34,396 bases of DNA from a virus (lineage: Duplodnaviria; Caudoviricetes): IMG/VR virus record IMGVR_UViG_3300011334_000479, positions 1-34,396 of that record. The stretch is one strand, 5' to 3'. The notes under the pieces were generated by a model. It did no database searches, was not told the origin of the DNA, and worked only from the letters and a program-made list of their open reading frames with translations. Shown here piece by piece: positions 19,104 through 26,147 of this stretch. A program made the position numbers and the translations under genes. The stretch's first letter is position 1. Every line of letters starts with the position of its first letter.

Positions 19104-19521
19104 CGATCATTTTACTTTGGCCGAGCTCACCGCTTCGCAGACCGCCGCTCGCCTCGGCATCGACAACACGCCATCGCCCGAGATGGTGGACGCGCTCCGC
19201 CGAACGGCTCAATTGCTTGAAAAAGTCCGCGCGCTTCTCGGCAAGCCGATCCTGGTGTCGAGCGGCTATCGCGCGCCACTGGTCAACCGCGCCGTCGGCG
19301 GTGCCGCCAACAGCGCACACATGCTGGGCTGCGCCGCCGACTTTTCCTGCCCAGCATTCGGCTCGCCCCTCGAGGTCGCCCGCGAGATCGGCCAAAGCGA
19401 CATCGTTTTCGACCAGCTCATTTACGAGTTCCGCGCGTGGGTACACATCGCCTGGTCGCCGCAGCCGCGCCGCATGGTGCTTACCATCGACGGCGCCGGC
19501 ACGCGGCACGGGCTCGAGTGA
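19093..19521 (+). CDS. Endolysin, peptidase M15A family (Zn)
   Basis: LSDHFTLAEL, SSGYR, SAHMLGCAAD, WVHI. Confidence 0.9.
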   Translation: MRLSDHFTLAELTASQTAARLGIDNTPSPEMVDALRRTAQLLEKVRALLGKPILVSSGYRAPLVNRAVGGAANSAHMLGCAADFSCPAFGSPLEVAREIGQSDIVFDQLIYEFRAWVHIAWSPQPRRMVLTIDGAGTRHGLE

Positions 19522-19943
19522 TGCTTGCGGCTGCCTTGCCGGTGCTCGGTTTCATCCGGCGCAATTGGTCGCTGCTGCTGCTTGCGGGCGTCGCGGCCTG
19601 GGGTGCCTGGCAGTATCTCGGCCGTACTGAAGCGGAGGCCGAGCTCGCCAATCAAAAGCTCCAAATTGCCACCGACGCCAACGCCACATGGCTCGAGCTT
19701 GAGGACAAGCGGCGGGCCTTTGAGGCCAGCGTGCTTGCCGGCCTCGATCGGCTCAACGCCGACGTGGCCGCCATCCACGCCAGCAATCAGCAGTTTCGCG
19801 CCAGGGTGAACGCCAATGCGAACAGCAACCGCCCTCTTGATCCTGCCGAGCTTGATGCTCTCGGCCTGCTTGCCCGATTTAATAGTGACCCGGCCGGTGG
19901 GCGTCCCGTTCGCCCTGCCGTCGCACCTCCGCGCGTGCGCTGA
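19521..19943 (+). CDS. i-spanin (Rz-like)
   Basis: N-terminal TM then helical region, TGATG-coupled to the endolysin. Confidence 0.7.
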   Translation: MLAAALPVLGFIRRNWSLLLLAGVAAWGAWQYLGRTEAEAELANQKLQIATDANATWLELEDKRRAFEASVLAGLDRLNADVAAIHASNQQFRARVNANANSNRPLDPAELDALGLLARFNSDPAGGRPVRPAVAPPRVR

Positions 19944-20115
19944 AAAGCTTGGCGTTACGGATCCGGCAACCGTCAAAACGGTCGGTCAGCTAATGGTCGC
20001 TTACGGGGACGAGCGGGCCAGCACGGCCGAGCTGCGGACCTGCCACGCCGAGATCGTGCGCCTGGTTGACGTGCATAACGCCGCGATGACCTCTGGCAAG
20101 CTGGCGCCTAAATGA
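19816..20115 (+). CDS. o-spanin lipoprotein (Rz1-like), overlapping the i-spanin
   Basis: Signal peptide with lipobox LSAC; overlaps the 3' end of the i-spanin in another frame. Confidence 0.75.
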   Translation: MRTATALLILPSLMLSACLPDLIVTRPVGVPFALPSHLRACAEKLGVTDPATVKTVGQLMVAYGDERASTAELRTCHAEIVRLVDVHNAAMTSGKLAPK

Positions 20116-20447
20116 CCGCCCGCACCGTTGCCACGGCAGTCGTCGTCGCGCTTGCAATATGGGCGGTGGCGGTGGCGCTCGGGTGGCCTGTTCGCGCGCA
20201 CGGGCCGTATAGCGATTGGACCGCGCCCGACAACCCCGGCATGAGCTGCTGCGACAACACCGACTGCCGCCCGACGCGGGCCTACATGGGCGACGATGGC
20301 CTGTGGCGCGCGTGGGACGGCATCAACTGGCTGACGGTCCCGCCCGGCCGCGTGCTGCCGACCGACTATGCCGGCGATGGGCGAAACCATTTGTGCGAGA
20401 AAATGGGCGCGGTTTACTGTTTTACGCCAGCCCAGCCGAGAGGCTAG
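20112..20447 (+). CDS. Secreted Cys-rich hypothetical protein
   Basis: Signal peptide ending VRA-H, SCCDNTDC plus two more Cys; ATGA overlap. Confidence 0.7.
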   Translation: MTARTVATAVVVALAIWAVAVALGWPVRAHGPYSDWTAPDNPGMSCCDNTDCRPTRAYMGDDGLWRAWDGINWLTVPPGRVLPTDYAGDGRNHLCEKMGAVYCFTPAQPRG

Positions 20448-20662
20448 GGGCGCGGCAACTTGCGCCGCACCGCCGCCATGGCCATGCGACGGTCACGCAG
20501 CAGCGCGCGAATGTCGGCCCACGCGGCAGGCGGCACGGGATACGATCCTTCGTCCCATCGCCGCACGGTGCGGTCTGATATGTCCAGCGCCCGGGCCATT
20601 TCTGACTGCCAGCGAGGCCCGAATAAAGCCTCGCCGGCCTCGCGAAAGAGGTCAGAAGTCAT
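20444..20662 (-). CDS. Small HTH DNA-binding protein
   Basis: WQSEMARALDISDRTVRRW helix-turn-helix. Confidence 0.8.
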   Translation of the reverse strand: MTSDLFREAGEALFGPRWQSEMARALDISDRTVRRWDEGSYPVPPAAWADIRALLRDRRMAMAAVRRKLPRP

Positions 20663-20665
20663 GCT

Positions 20666-21022
20666 TTAATAGAGCGAGAGGCGAACAGCGCCGAGATCGA
20701 GCACCACCATGTCGCGGCGCTCTCGACCGCGCGCGAGCTGAAACCGCTCATATTTGATGGCCGCGATGCCGTCGAAAGTGTGCTCTTCACGGCTGCCGCG
20801 TTCGCTCCAGTGATTGGCGCGGGCGGCGTCAAAATCGGCCAGCGTCTCGTGCGTGATGGCGACGTTGCAGTCGATGCCGGGGTCGGTTGCGCCGCCGCTT
20901 TGGATGTTAAGCGCCGCTATGACGGCGGGCCACTTGTCGGCCGGTATGCGCGAGATTGCGGCGGCGGATGCCTCGTCGATCCACTTTTCGTTTTCAGCGA
21001 GGAATGTGTCGATGACGGTCAT
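20666..21022 (-). CDS. Hypothetical protein (118 aa)
   Basis: SD AGGAGG upstream of ATG at 21022; stop 3 nt before the HTH gene. Confidence 0.7.
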   Translation of the reverse strand: MTVIDTFLAENEKWIDEASAAAISRIPADKWPAVIAALNIQSGGATDPGIDCNVAITHETLADFDAARANHWSERGSREEHTFDGIAAIKYERFQLARGRERRDMVVLDLGAVRLSLY

Positions 21023-21068
21023 GTCCGGGCCTCCTGCCCTTGATCTGCCGGGCCTGATCGCCCTGTGC

Positions 21069-21105
21069 ATGTCCAGTATTTAGGACATTCCGCAGCAGAT
21101 TGCAA
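21069..21105 (-). promoter_or_regulatory. Sigma70-like promoter with overlapping palindromic operator
   Basis: TTGCAA-N17-TAAATA on the minus strand; inverted repeat ATGTCC-N8-GGACAT at 21069-21088 straddles the -10. Confidence 0.6.
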
Positions 21106-21215
21106 GCGCGGGAAACAGTAATTTTATTGCGTATTGCAGAAATCGCGCTGGATCATTCCCGGCACGATCCGGCCGGCTCCGGTCTGGCTCCGGTCGGCGT
21201 TTCCTCCCCCCACCT

Positions 21216-21249
21216 GGCCCGCTGCCCATCGGGGTGGCGGGCCTTTTTT
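21216..21249 (+). terminator. Strong intrinsic terminator
   Basis: GGCCCGCTGCCC-ATCG-GGGTGGCGGGCC then TTTTTT. Confidence 0.8.
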
Positions 21250-21309
21250 GTTGGGTGACAATAGGACGTCAGGAGCTGGCGCTTTCCCAAACAGGAGTCC
21301 CAAACGGCA

Positions 21310-21335
21310 GACGGCGACCCCGAAGGATCGCCGTC
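21310..21335 (-). other. C(UUCG)G hairpin downstream of the tRNA 3' fragment
   Basis: Minus strand reads GACGGCGATCC-TTCG-GGGTCGCCGTC. Confidence 0.55.
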
Positions 21336-21375
21336 GTTGAGTGGCCTAAAACGCCAGCGGGCCAAGCTTCCCGAT

Positions 21376-21424
21376 TGGTCGGAGCGAGAGGATTCGAACC
21401 TCCGGCCCCTAGCTCCCGAAGCTA
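21376..21424 (-). other. attP: attP core: 3' portion of tRNA-Pro(CGG), anticodon stem to CCA
   Basis: Minus strand TAGC-TTCGGGA-GCTA GGGGCC GGAGG-TTCGAAT-CCTCT CGCTCCG ACCA; no D-arm or 5' acceptor strand; adjacent to int. Confidence 0.9.
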
Positions 21425-21436
21425 ATGGCCATCCCG

Positions 21437-21449
21437 TAAGTCTTTGATA
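21437..21449 (-). promoter_or_regulatory. IHF binding site in attP
   Basis: TATCAAAGACTTA is an exact match to WATCAANNNNTTR. Confidence 0.75.
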
Positions 21450-21554
21450 TTGTTGGATTGTCGTTGGGCCAAATGCCCCGGAATATCCCCAAACAGCCCC
21501 ACGTTTCCCAAACAGATTCCCAAACAGAAATAGGGCCAATCCGGCCGGCGTTCG

Positions 21555-22745
21555 CTAGGCCCGTTTTTTTGGCCGTGGGACGGCTTCCAGCGCGCGGGCT
21601 ACCTCGGCCCCGGCAATGGCCGTGTATCGCGCCGTAGTGGCTGCATCCTGATGCCGGGCGGCCTCCTGCGTGGTGGCCGACGATGCCACCTTGGCGATCT
21701 CGGTGATGTACCTCGCGCGAACATCATGCAGCCGGTGGGCAGCGCCCTTGGTCGCGGTCGATCGCCAGGCCCGGCGGATGCTCGCCAGCGGGCGCCAAGC
21801 GCCGCGCGGCACCGCCTCGCCGGCCAAGAACGCGGCCATGTGGGCGATACCCGGCCAGGTGACGAGGTGCGCCGCGCCGCGGGCTCGAGCTTGCCGGGCG
21901 AGCCGATCGAGCACCTCCCAACCGCCCGGCACCGGGCGCGCGAATTCATCCCGCCCGCTCTTGGTGGCGGCGCCGTCCAGGCGCAGCGCCCGCTCGCCGC
22001 GGTCGATGTGGGCGAGCGTCACGGTCAACGCCTCGGCCCGGCGCAACCCGAAATAGCGGGCGAGCTCGGCTACGTCGCGGACCCACGGCGGCGCATGGGC
22101 CAACCTGGCAAAGAGCTCGGCATCCGGCATCGGTGACGGTCTGCGCTTGGGGGCCGGCACCGGCGTCACGGTCGGCGGAAACGGCAGCATGGGCGAGCCT
22201 GTCACCGGGTCTTTGATCCGGTGCGCCTGGGCCAGCGCCGCGCGCAGGCATTTGAGGCGGTGATTGACGGCGGCCGGCGAGCGCTTCCGGTCGATCGTGC
22301 CGACCTTGGCCGGCGCCTTGGCGCGCTTTCGCGGGCCGCCTCGCCAGACCTGCACCGGGGCGGCCGCGGCGTGCCGGCGGTATTCATCGACGCGGCCCTG
22401 CGTGATGTCGATCACCGGGGTATCGCTGCCAAAAAACTCAATCAGCTCGCGGGCATATAGCTTTATGTTGGCGACGTGAGCGGGCGAGCTGCCGACCTGG
22501 GATTCAATGTGCAGCGCGATCGCCATGCCGATCGGGAACGTGCCGGGCTTAGCGATTGAGCGGCCGGCCTTTTCGCCAACCTTGGCGCGCACCCTCGCCA
22601 AAGCTTCATGCTGCCGGGCCTGCTTTTGATTGGCGGCAGGCTTGCCGGTGACGGCATCGACGCACGGCCCGGTGTAGCGTTTGCCGGCTTGGCGGAAGTC
22701 GAAGCGCCATTCCCCGGCGCGCTGGCGGTTTTGGAACACGGTCAC
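21555..22745 (-). CDS. int: Tyrosine integrase
   Basis: Catalytic set GLRRAE, ATKSG, LHDVR, ARHQD..TTARY; N-terminal arm-binding-like WRFDF; GTG start at 22745 is an estimate. Confidence 0.92.
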   Translation of the reverse strand: MTVFQNRQRAGEWRFDFRQAGKRYTGPCVDAVTGKPAANQKQARQHEALARVRAKVGEKAGRSIAKPGTFPIGMAIALHIESQVGSSPAHVANIKLYARELIEFFGSDTPVIDITQGRVDEYRRHAAAAPVQVWRGGPRKRAKAPAKVGTIDRKRSPAAVNHRLKCLRAALAQAHRIKDPVTGSPMLPFPPTVTPVPAPKRRPSPMPDAELFARLAHAPPWVRDVAELARYFGLRRAEALTVTLAHIDRGERALRLDGAATKSGRDEFARPVPGGWEVLDRLARQARARGAAHLVTWPGIAHMAAFLAGEAVPRGAWRPLASIRRAWRSTATKGAAHRLHDVRARYITEIAKVASSATTQEAARHQDAATTARYTAIAGAEVARALEAVPRPKKRA

Positions 22746-22758
22746 GGCCGGGACCGTA

Positions 22759-23067
22759 TTAGAGGACTCCCAAGGCGCGCAACCGGCGCCGGGCCTCGAT
22801 CGCCGTAGAGTTTGGGGACAAAGAGGCGGCCGGCGGGGGGTCGTTGGCAAGCGTGTGCCGCGCCTTGTAGTGCCGGATCGCCGCCGCATGCACGCGCACG
22901 CCTCGAGGATTGCCACACTTGCCGACGCGGTGCCCGGTCAGCTCGCCCGCCAGGATAAGCGCTCGCACGGTCGACGGCCCGCATCCCAGCCGGCGAGCAG
23001 CCTCGGCCACCGTCACCGATTCTTCGGTGTGTTTGTCGTCTGGCGTGAGGCTGGCGAGATGGATCAC
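22759..23067 (-). CDS. xis: Excisionase-like HTH protein
   Basis: VTVAEAARRLGCGPSTVRALILAGEL...VRV; directly upstream of int. Confidence 0.8.
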   Translation of the reverse strand: MIHLASLTPDDKHTEESVTVAEAARRLGCGPSTVRALILAGELTGHRVGKCGNPRGVRVHAAAIRHYKARHTLANDPPPAASLSPNSTAIEARRRLRALGVL

Positions 23068-23076
23068 GGCGTATGC

Positions 23077-23412
23077 TTATTTGGAACCGGACTCACGCGG
23101 CCACGGCTGCGGCTGATACGAATCGCCATCAATTCCGACCGTAACATCCTCGCCGGCCGCCGCGCGGTCGATCAGCTCTTTGATCGCCGCCACCGCTTTA
23201 ACGCCGACATTTGTTGTCCGCCACCATTTCCGCTCGCCAAGATCGGCAAGCTCGCCAAGCGTCATGCCGGCCCACTCGTGCCCGGCGGGATATTTTGGAT
23301 CACGCGGCGGCACCGAATGTGCAAACAACACCATTGCATTGCGCGAGGTCGCTGCGATGCGCCAGTTGACGCGGTCGAGCGGGATGCTGCGCCACGGTTG
23401 CTCATCGCTCAT
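23077..23412 (-). CDS. Stand-alone RNA polymerase alpha-CTD-like protein
   Basis: TLGELADLGERKWWRTTNVGVKAVAAIKELI aligns without gaps to E. coli RpoA 277-307. Confidence 0.65.
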   Translation of the reverse strand: MSDEQPWRSIPLDRVNWRIAATSRNAMVLFAHSVPPRDPKYPAGHEWAGMTLGELADLGERKWWRTTNVGVKAVAAIKELIDRAAAGEDVTVGIDGDSYQPQPWPRESGSK

Positions 23413-23639
23413 CGATGCGCTACCTCATTCCAACGGTCATTGATCTTGTCGGCATAAAACGTCGCCGCGCTCATCTTGCGGCAGCCTTGGCATTTTGCGC
23501 GGTATGACTTCGACCGGCCCATGTCGCGGCACACGATCTGTACTGCAAGGCGCGTGCCGCACTTGCACGGCAAGCGCTCGACGTGGCGTGCGCGGTCGGC
23601 CGCATACTGTTCGGCGGTGATGCGCGGGTACATAATCAT
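23409..23639 (-). CDS. Zinc-ribbon protein, Lar (restriction alleviation)-like
   Basis: LPCKCG...KCQGC...INDRWN pattern. Confidence 0.55.
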   Translation of the reverse strand: MIMYPRITAEQYAADRARHVERLPCKCGTRLAVQIVCRDMGRSKSYRAKCQGCRKMSAATFYADKINDRWNEVAHR

Positions 23640-23785
23640 GGTGCCGCCCGCAACAACGTCGCGACATAAGCCACTAGCTCTGCACGTCGCGCGGCCAGCT
23701 GGCCCTTGGGCGCAGCGCGCAGGCGCAGAAGCAAGCGTTTGTGCTTGGCGTCAAATGCTTGACGCGCGATCTCGCGGCGCGTCAC
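23636..23785 (-). CDS. Small basic hypothetical protein (49 aa)
   Basis: 4-bp start/stop overlaps with both neighbours. Confidence 0.55.
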   Translation of the reverse strand: MTRREIARQAFDAKHKRLLLRLRAAPKGQLAARRAELVAYVATLLRAAP

Positions 23786-24021
23786 GGGGTCACCCGGCGG
23801 CACGCTATGCGCGTGGCTTTTTCGGCCACCATCGCCAAAGACGCCGCGTCCAGGTCGCACGCTGTCGAAGTGTTGAGCTGCTTGCCGCGCGGGCGCCAAT
23901 CGCCGCCCGGCGGCTGCTCCCAAAGCTGCCAGCGCGGCCCGGCGATCTCTGCCGCGGTGGCGTAGCTGGCGATCAGCATCACGATGCCGAGCGCGACTAT
24001 GATGAGCCAGAGGCGGGTCAT
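23782..24021 (-). CDS. Small exported/membrane hypothetical protein
   Basis: Signal peptide-like N-terminus, two Cys, coupled overlaps. Confidence 0.6.
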   Translation of the reverse strand: MTRLWLIIVALGIVMLIASYATAAEIAGPRWQLWEQPPGGDWRPRGKQLNTSTACDLDAASLAMVAEKATRIACRRVTP

Positions 24022-24407
24022 CGTGCGTCCCGCCGATCCTCTGCGCGCTGCTCTGCGCGGCGCTCATCTGCGTCGTCCTCGGCCGCCTGTAGATCGTCAA
24101 GGGCCTGCTCGATCGCTTGCGCCTGGCCCTCGTCGCTCTCCAGCCATTCGCTCGCGATGGCGTTGAGCGTTGACTGCTCAAGGTCCGCAAAAGCGCCGCC
24201 GTAGGGCGCCGGCTGGCCGTTATCGAGCGGCACGGCGCTGCTCCACTCGGCGTGCGCGGGCTCAGCCGGCTGGCCGCCGCTGGCGTAGCTGGCGCCCTGC
24301 TCTGAGACGCGACCGTGAAACGTGTATGTGATGCGGCAGTCGATCGCCGCCCCGAGATCCGGGTCGCCTACAGGGATGCTGGCGTCGATCGTGTGGGTGC
24401 TGCTCAT
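24018..24407 (-). CDS. Hypothetical protein with acidic/charged C-terminus
   Basis: ATGA overlaps at both ends, SD GGAGG. Confidence 0.65.
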   Translation of the reverse strand: MSSTHTIDASIPVGDPDLGAAIDCRITYTFHGRVSEQGASYASGGQPAEPAHAEWSSAVPLDNGQPAPYGGAFADLEQSTLNAIASEWLESDEGQAQAIEQALDDLQAAEDDADERRAEQRAEDRRDAR

Positions 24408-24739
24408 CGCCGCGCCTCCGCACGCTTGGCCCACGTCATGGCCTCGGCTTGCAGGACGCTGTCGTCGTAGCTCGCGGCGTCAGGGTCGATGCCGTCGTCG
24501 CCAAAGCGGCGCTCGCAATCGCCAACAAAGTCAGAGATCAGGTCGAGCGTGCGCCAAGCGTAGTCGGCGGCGTGATCGTCCAGGCGCTTGACGGCGGCGG
24601 CGCTGTAGGAGCTGCGGCGGACGACATCGAGCGCGTCGAGATACGCGAGGGCAGCGCGCTCCATCGCGTGCAGCTCGTCGCGCGTGTCGCTCCATTCATC
24701 AAGCAGGACGCGGCGGCGGGTCGAGGTGGTGGCGGTCAT
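24404..24739 (-). CDS. Acidic helical hypothetical protein
   Basis: SD AGGAG, ATGA overlaps. Confidence 0.65.
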   Translation of the reverse strand: MTATTSTRRRVLLDEWSDTRDELHAMERAALAYLDALDVVRRSSYSAAAVKRLDDHAADYAWRTLDLISDFVGDCERRFGDDGIDPDAASYDDSVLQAEAMTWAKRAEARR

Positions 24740-25356
24740 GCGGACTCCTGTTGTGAAAGTTGCTTGCCCCATTGCTCGGCCATGGCGGCGGCAATGCCGG
24801 TGAAAAATCGACTGCGTTCACGCCAGCGATTCGGGCCGGGCGACATGCGATGCACGCGGGCCTCGCGGCCCTCGACAATGTTCGTGGGGGTGAGCGGTTG
24901 CAGGTTCTTTAGCCACAGGCAGGTGCGTTTGGTTTCTCCATGGCCGAATTGCCACGGCTGCACCGATTGGGCGGGTGGCTGGTAATTTGCGATCAGCGCC
25001 TTTGCGTGCTTGTGCATCACCGGATTTTCGATTGCGATCCGCTCAATCGGTGCATTCCAGAAAGCCGAAAACAGCGCAGCACCCGTGCGAAGCTCATCCT
25101 GCATGTTCTCAGCGGTGCGACCCGGTGGCGGCGAGGAAAGCCACCGCACGCCGCTGTTGCACAAACGTGTGCAGGGCGGATGCGCCACCATGAGCAAGTC
25201 CCAGCCGTCATTTAGGATGTCGCGCGCATCGCCAGTTATGTGCCGATTGCTGCCGTCCTCTGCCGGCAGCAGATCGCAACTCCAAGCGTCGTGACCGCGC
25301 GCACTGAATGCCCGGCGAACAATCCCGGAAAACTCGCAGGCGATCAAAACGCGCAC
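24736..25356 (-). CDS. Compact C5 DNA cytosine methyltransferase-like protein
   Basis: ACEFSG (motif I variant), WSCDL, WDLLMVAHPPC (IV), IENPV (VI), QFGH..TKRT (VIII-like), IAAAMAEQW (X-like). Confidence 0.8.
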   Translation of the reverse strand: MRVLIACEFSGIVRRAFSARGHDAWSCDLLPAEDGSNRHITGDARDILNDGWDLLMVAHPPCTRLCNSGVRWLSSPPPGRTAENMQDELRTGAALFSAFWNAPIERIAIENPVMHKHAKALIANYQPPAQSVQPWQFGHGETKRTCLWLKNLQPLTPTNIVEGREARVHRMSPGPNRWRERSRFFTGIAAAMAEQWGKQLSQQESA

Positions 25357-25622
25357 TAGACGGCGGCCGAAATCTGCGGCGCTTCATGGCGCGGCGGCCA
25401 GACCTGCACGCCGTCACCCGCGCCGAGCCATACCCGTCCGTTGGTCGAGACGCGCCCGCATTTTTTGCCGTGCGAATTGAGAAGGTCGAAGCGCGGGAGG
25501 TCGCGATAGTAGCCGTCATATTTGGCGAGCGCGGCCAACACCATTTCGGAGGCGTCGGCATAGGTCTCGACCGGATAGATCGCGCTACCGATGCGGAGGG
25601 AGAGGGACTCAGCGCTCATCAC
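25356..25622 (-). CDS. Hypothetical protein (GRVSxNGRVW motif)
   Basis: Coupled overlaps within the left operon. Confidence 0.65.
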   Translation of the reverse strand: MMSAESLSLRIGSAIYPVETYADASEMVLAALAKYDGYYRDLPRFDLLNSHGKKCGRVSTNGRVWLGAGDGVQVWPPRHEAPQISAAV

Positions 25623-25816
25623 GCCACCGCCGCGTCGGTCTCGACCAGCGTGATCGTGAGCAGCGAATGGCCGTCAACGATCTCGATCTCGCCGTGGTCA
25701 AACAAGGTCGCGAAGTCTTCGCTGGGGATCGCGTCTGCGTTGTCGCGCTCAAACTCATCGAGCGGGCCGGTCCAGATTTCGCGCTTGTTGTCGGTGATGG
25801 TGACGATCAGGGCCAT
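25619..25816 (-). CDS. Small highly acidic hypothetical protein (65 aa)
   Basis: ATG at 25816; 15 Asp/Glu versus 3 Lys/Arg. Confidence 0.6.
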   Translation of the reverse strand: MALIVTITDNKREIWTGPLDEFERDNADAIPSEDFATLFDHGEIEIVDGHSLLTITLVETDAAVA

Positions 25817-25820
25817 GGGA

Positions 25821-25961
25821 CTAGGCCTTCGCCTTGGTCGCGATCGCGACTTCGACACCGCTCGCACGAAGAACGTCGGCGCGGACCAATGCCGCGCGCT
25901 GGTCCGTATAGATGCGGCGGAACTTGGCGCCGTTGATCGTGTATCGAAGGATGATGTGCAT
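25821..25961 (-). CDS. Small basic hypothetical protein (46 aa), first gene of the left operon
   Basis: SD GGGAGAG before ATG at 25961. Confidence 0.6.
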   Translation of the reverse strand: MHIILRYTINGAKFRRIYTDQRAALVRADVLRASGVEVAIATKAKA

Positions 25962-26067
25962 GGCGTCTCTCCCGTCGAACCGGCCGGCGTCTTGGGGGGA
26001 AGACGCCGGCCTGCTCGCCTCCGGGGTGCGGCCCGGCCCGCGCCAGCGGTCGGTGCTGACGAGGAAC

Positions 26068-26107
26068 ACTGTAGCAATGCTTAAGCCGCGGTCAAGCGAT
26101 ACTTAAG
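26068..26107 (-). promoter_or_regulatory. PL-like promoter with two 17-bp operators (OL)
   Basis: TTGACC-N16-TACAGT on the minus strand; operators CTGTAG-CAATG-CTTAAG (26069-26085) and GTCAAG-CGATA-CTTAAG (26091-26107). Confidence 0.75.
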
Positions 26108-26147
26108 TCACAACCCAAAAAAGGGTGCAGCGTTGAAAGCGCTATGA

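Larger units (their letters stand above)
21285..21527 (+). repeat. Five integrase arm-type direct repeats YCCCAAACRG flanking the attP core
   Basis: Copies at 21285-21294, 21298-21307, 21487-21496, 21506-21515, 21518-21527. Confidence 0.75.

Noticed and set aside
21376-21424. Complete tRNA-Pro gene
   Set aside because: Only the anticodon arm to CCA is present; no D-arm or 5' acceptor strand. It is the attP core.
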